Shown: in pieces, positions 60,655 to 64,000 of the stretch
How positions within the stretch are numbered: the stretch's first letter is position 1
Layout: the number at the start of each line of letters is the position of its first letter
Source: an uncultured delta proteobacterium
Lineage (GTDB): Bacteria > Desulfobacterota > Binatia > HRBIN30 > BPIQ01
Reading direction: 5' to 3'
Assembly (NCBI GenBank): GCA_963761335.1
Contig: CAVXGR010000005.1
Span: forward strand, 128,001-192,000
DNA length: 64,000 nucleotides
Translations under genes and position numbers: made by a program
The notes under the pieces: model-generated
The model's database searches: none
What the model was told of the DNA's origin: nothing
The model's input: the letters and a program-made list of their open reading frames with translations, nothing else

Positions 60655-62073
60655 TCACCGCTCTGCGAAGAGGACCTCGCGGGCGAGACCTCCGGGAAGT
60701 CGCAGGCGCTGGCGCGGGAGCCAGCCCGAAGCCGGCCATTCCGCGGGCGCGATCAGGAGGTCCGCCGCCGGTATCGGCTCGGCCGCCGCCAGCGTGCGGC
60801 GCTGGTCGTAGAGGAAGGGCGCTACCCAGTACTTGAGATATTCACTGCGGGGCACGCCGACGAAGACGACGCGGAGCGGTGTGTTCCCGGCGGCTCGCAG
60901 CGGCGCCAGGGTGCGTCCGAGGACGGCGCGCCAATCCTCCCGCGCGGCGACGCGGGTGGTGAGGTGCAGCGGCTCCCACGCGTCTCCGCCGCGCCGCGGC
61001 GTGCCGCCGAGCGCGGCGGCGATCGCCGGGAGCTTGAGCATGGAGAGGATGCCGAGCGCGGCGAGGATCCGCGTCGCCTTGCCGGCCCGCCCCCCGAGTC
61101 GCGAGGCCTCCCGCCAGCCGAGAATCGCCCAGAAGAGGAGGTGGACGAAGAGGGGCACCAGAGCGCGCGTGTTTCCGGGCGTGGCGTGCCAGGGGTCGAA
61201 GATGACGATGTAGAGGTAGATCGCCGCCAGGGAGATCAGGGAGAAGACGTGATAGCTGCGGAACGATAGGCCGCGGAGGCCGCGTTGCGCCGCGGCGACG
61301 GCGAAGACGATGGCGAGGCAGAGAGCCGCACCGAGCAGCCACTCCGCGCCGGCGATGCGCACCAGGCTCAGCGTCCGCGCACCGATCTGCTCGAACGTCT
61401 CCGATCCGACCTCCGCATTGCGGGCCAGCAGGGGAGACTGGCCGGTGGTCACCAGCCAGGCGGCGGGGATCACGGCGAGCGCCAGGGCGGCGGCGCGTCG
61501 CCGCCGATCGCGCAGGCGCTCGCGCCAGTGCAGCGCCAGGAAGACCAACCACCAGACCCAGAACACCTCGCGGGTGAGCATGCCGACGGCGAGAAGGGAC
61601 AGGAAGAGCCCCGTCCGGCGCGGCGCGAAGTAGTGCAGATAGACGAGCCCGAGGAAGATCGGAATGACGATCACCTCTTGGTAGAGGGTGTGGCCGAGCC
61701 AGTTGAAGCTGCTGCCGGCGAAGGCGGCGAGAAGCAGGACAGCGGCGGCGAGCCCGCCGAAGGAGTCGGGCAGGGCGGCGCGGCAGAGCGCCGCCAACAG
61801 GAAGAGGCTCAGGACCGTGTAGGCGAAGGGGACGAGGAGAAAAGCGCGGGCGGGTGCGCCGGCGAGATAGAGGGCGTGGATGTGCATCTGCAGAAAGGGC
61901 AGCCACACCCGCCGTCCGACGCCGACGACGATCTCCTGGGCGCGGTCGAGGCGAGCTCCCTGGTCGCCGTAGAAGGTCGGGTGAACGAAGGCGTCGGCGT
62001 AGACGCAGGCCAGGAGCAGTGCGAACCCTGCGGGCGCGAGCCAGGCGGCGGCCTGCCTCTGTGCCGCAGTCAT
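60655..62073 (-). CDS. Multi-pass membrane protein, GT-C-like
   Basis: N-terminal TM, FYGDQ loop, LYQE, MLTRE, about 10 TM segments and a soluble C-terminal domain. Confidence 0.55.
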   Translation of the reverse strand: MTAAQRQAAAWLAPAGFALLLACVYADAFVHPTFYGDQGARLDRAQEIVVGVGRRVWLPFLQMHIHALYLAGAPARAFLLVPFAYTVLSLFLLAALCRAALPDSFGGLAAAVLLLAAFAGSSFNWLGHTLYQEVIVIPIFLGLVYLHYFAPRRTGLFLSLLAVGMLTREVFWVWWLVFLALHWRERLRDRRRRAAALALAVIPAAWLVTTGQSPLLARNAEVGSETFEQIGARTLSLVRIAGAEWLLGAALCLAIVFAVAAAQRGLRGLSFRSYHVFSLISLAAIYLYIVIFDPWHATPGNTRALVPLFVHLLFWAILGWREASRLGGRAGKATRILAALGILSMLKLPAIAAALGGTPRRGGDAWEPLHLTTRVAAREDWRAVLGRTLAPLRAAGNTPLRVVFVGVPRSEYLKYWVAPFLYDQRRTLAAAEPIPAADLLIAPAEWPASGWLPRQRLRLPGGLAREVLFAER

Positions 62074-63560
62074 GAGGCCGCGGCGCGGCCGGGTCTCTTC
62101 GCCGCCGGCAGACGCGTGGGGACGAGGCGGTCCCCGGCCGACACTGCCGGCATCTCCTCGTTATAGGAAGCCTCGGTGTTCACCGCCCAGACGTCGTGAT
62201 GAGCGCCGGTGAGATTGCGGGCGGCGTAGAGGCCGGCGAGCATCGAGTGGTCCTGGTTGTTGTAGCGATGCTGGCCGTTGCGACCGATCGTCTGCAGATT
62301 GTCGATGCGATCGAGCCATCGCCGGATGACCGCGAGATTCTCGCGGTAGCCGTGGTCGTACACCGGATACGCCTTGGGCACGTGCACCGCGGTGCCGTCC
62401 TCGACCTCGTCGGGCGAGAGGATGCCGATGCGGGCGCAGTCGCGAATTCCCTGCTCGATGAGCCGCGTCGCCGGCCACGACCACTCGTCATCGCGGTCGC
62501 CGAGAAAGTACTCGAGCCCGAGCGAGGTGCGTGTCGGGTCGGGCACCATCTCCGGGCTCCAGTTCTTGTAGTTCTGGATGCGTCCCAGGCGGACCTCGGG
62601 GGAATGGATGTAGATCCAGTTGTCGGGGAAGACGTGGGCCCTGCGGGCGATCAGCATGACGGCGATGTAATCGCGGTAGGTCAGCCTCTCGGCGGCGTGG
62701 CGCACCTCGTCGGGCGGCGGCGGATCGAAGGTGCGGATCAGGTCGCGCAACGCCATCGTCGAGATCACCTGGGCGGCGTCAAGCTCGACGCTCGAGCCGT
62801 CGGCGCGGCGCGTCTCGACGGCGACCACGCGGCCCCGCTCATGGCGAATCCGTTGGGCGCGCGCCCCGAGCGCGATCTCGCCCCCATCTCTCTCGACCAG
62901 CTCGGCGCAGCGCTCCCACATCATCCCGGGGCCGAGGCGAGGATAGTGGAAGCGGTCGATCAGGCTGGTGATCACCTCGCCGCCGGAATCGCGGCCATCG
63001 CCGAACATTGCGCTGCGCACCACCTCGCCGAGCGAGAGATTGCGAATGCGTTGCGCTGCCCATTCCGCGGAGATCTCCCCGCAGGGCATGCCCCAGACCT
63101 TCTCCGTGTAGGTCCTGAAGAAGATCTCGTACAGCCGGCGGCCGAAGCGGTTCGACACCCACTGCTCGAAGCTGTGCTCCTCGCGGTGCGGAACCACCCG
63201 GGCGCGGGCATAGCTGAGGGCCACGCGCACCGACTCGAGCGGTCCCAGCCCGGCGAGGGCGCCGAGAGGACGGAGCGGGTAATCGAAGAAGCGGCCGCGG
63301 TAGTAGATGCGCGACAGGCGCGGGCGCTCGAGCAGATCGTCGCCGAGGATCTCGCGGCACAGGCGGTTCACCGATTCCACCTTGGAATAGAAGCGGTGGC
63401 CGCCGAGATCGAAGCGATAGCCGCGGTACACGACCGTGCGCGACAGCCCGCCGACGCTCTGGTCGGCCTCGATCACCGTTGCCGGCGATCCAAGCTTGCC
63501 CAGCTCGTACGCGGCCGTCAGCCCCGCCGGGCCGGCGCCGATGATCAGAGGCCTGGCCAT
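62070..63560 (-). CDS. FAD-dependent oxidoreductase (protoporphyrinogen-oxidase/UDP-galactopyranose-mutase-like, glycan-cluster type)
   Basis: GAGPAG, GGLSRT, DLGGHRF, YTEKVWG, KAYPVY and GRNGQHRYNNQDHSM motifs. Confidence 0.85.
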   Translation of the reverse strand: MARPLIIGAGPAGLTAAYELGKLGSPATVIEADQSVGGLSRTVVYRGYRFDLGGHRFYSKVESVNRLCREILGDDLLERPRLSRIYYRGRFFDYPLRPLGALAGLGPLESVRVALSYARARVVPHREEHSFEQWVSNRFGRRLYEIFFRTYTEKVWGMPCGEISAEWAAQRIRNLSLGEVVRSAMFGDGRDSGGEVITSLIDRFHYPRLGPGMMWERCAELVERDGGEIALGARAQRIRHERGRVVAVETRRADGSSVELDAAQVISTMALRDLIRTFDPPPPDEVRHAAERLTYRDYIAVMLIARRAHVFPDNWIYIHSPEVRLGRIQNYKNWSPEMVPDPTRTSLGLEYFLGDRDDEWSWPATRLIEQGIRDCARIGILSPDEVEDGTAVHVPKAYPVYDHGYRENLAVIRRWLDRIDNLQTIGRNGQHRYNNQDHSMLAGLYAARNLTGAHHDVWAVNTEASYNEEMPAVSAGDRLVPTRLPAAKRPGRAAAS

Positions 63561-63681
63561 GGAGTATGCGCCTTATGCCAGAGAACGGCGGTCAGATCGA
63601 TGCCCCGGGACGGCGGCCGTCATCTGGGACCGTGACAGTCCCAGGCCGCATCCGGGATCGCGGCCGTCCCGGCCGCACCTC

Positions 63682-64000
63682 CTACAGCGTCTTCCAGCGC
63701 CGCGAGAGCATCAGCCGCAGCTTGCGCTGCTCGCTCTCGGCGAGCCGGGGCGACGCCTCGGCGAAACGCGACTCGAACTCTCTCAGCCCGAGGGCCGAGG
63801 CTGCGGTCTCCAGCTCGTGCTTGAGGTCGTAGAAGAGATCGCAGTACTCGCCGCAGAGCTCGCGGATGAAGTCGAAGGAGAGCCGGTGCACCGGGGAAGG
63901 GCCGTGGCGGCGGATGGCCTCCTGGTGCTCGGCGGTGCCGTAGCCCTTGTGGCGCTCGAAGCCGTACTCCGGGTAGGTGCGCGCCAGCTCGGTCATCAGG
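63682..64000 (-). CDS. rnhB: Ribonuclease HII C-terminal part (partial, runs off the right edge)
   Basis: [15 protein letters not shown]...[10 protein letters not shown] motif. Confidence 0.9.
   Translation of the reverse strand, partial: LMTELARTYPEYGFERHKGYGTAEHQEAIRRHGPSPVHRLSFDFIRELCGEYCDLFYDLKHELETAASALGLREFESRFAEASPRLAESEQRKLRLMLSRRWKTL

Noticed and set aside
63603..63673. Branched GC-rich hairpin downstream of rnhB as a possible ncRNA or riboswitch
   Set aside because: No recognisable family motif or U-tract; GC-rich stems arise readily by chance at this composition.

Overview
This is a high-GC bacterial window; the gene content (cohesin lipoprotein, Chloroflexus-type malyl-CoA lyase, P450, Cys-rich lipoproteins) suggests a Candidatus Binatia or deltaproteobacterial genome, which is an inference. 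From left to right it holds: (1) a pst phosphate-uptake operon headed by a putative porin, with Pho-box-like repeats; (2) RRM protein, DEAD-box helicase, SDR, transglutaminase, NamZ/DUF1343 and DOMON-like genes; (3) a divergent locus with a BTAD-AAA-TPR regulator, two DUF4242 genes and a P450 on one side and a ferritin-like diiron protein plus OsmC on the other; (4) a corrupted poly-T/poly-A block at about 19.5-23.1 kb; (5) an AlkP-family gene and an mcl, citE-like, atypical SucCD-like, ferredoxin operon; (6) a second corrupted block at about 30.1-31.3 kb that hides a tandem repeat array and a GT2 gene; (7) secreted beta-helix and PQQ-propeller lipoproteins, treT, oxyR and an internally duplicated histidine kinase; (8) a roughly 16 kb glycan or small-molecule tailoring region (GT2, HemN-like radical SAM, divergent LeuB-like enzyme, isochorismatase-ALDH fusion, Rieske oxygenase, GT, nucleotidyltransferase, HPr-kinase-like, APH-like kinase, Wzx flippase, GT-C-like protein, FAD oxidoreductase); (9) a partial rnhB. 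At least four families of palindromic REP/MITE-like intergenic repeats are present. The best candidates for new biology are the 47.7-63.6 kb tailoring region, the mcl/ligase operon, the DUF4242-diiron-OsmC locus and the duplicated kinase. All family assignments come from motif recognition by eye; no database searches were run.
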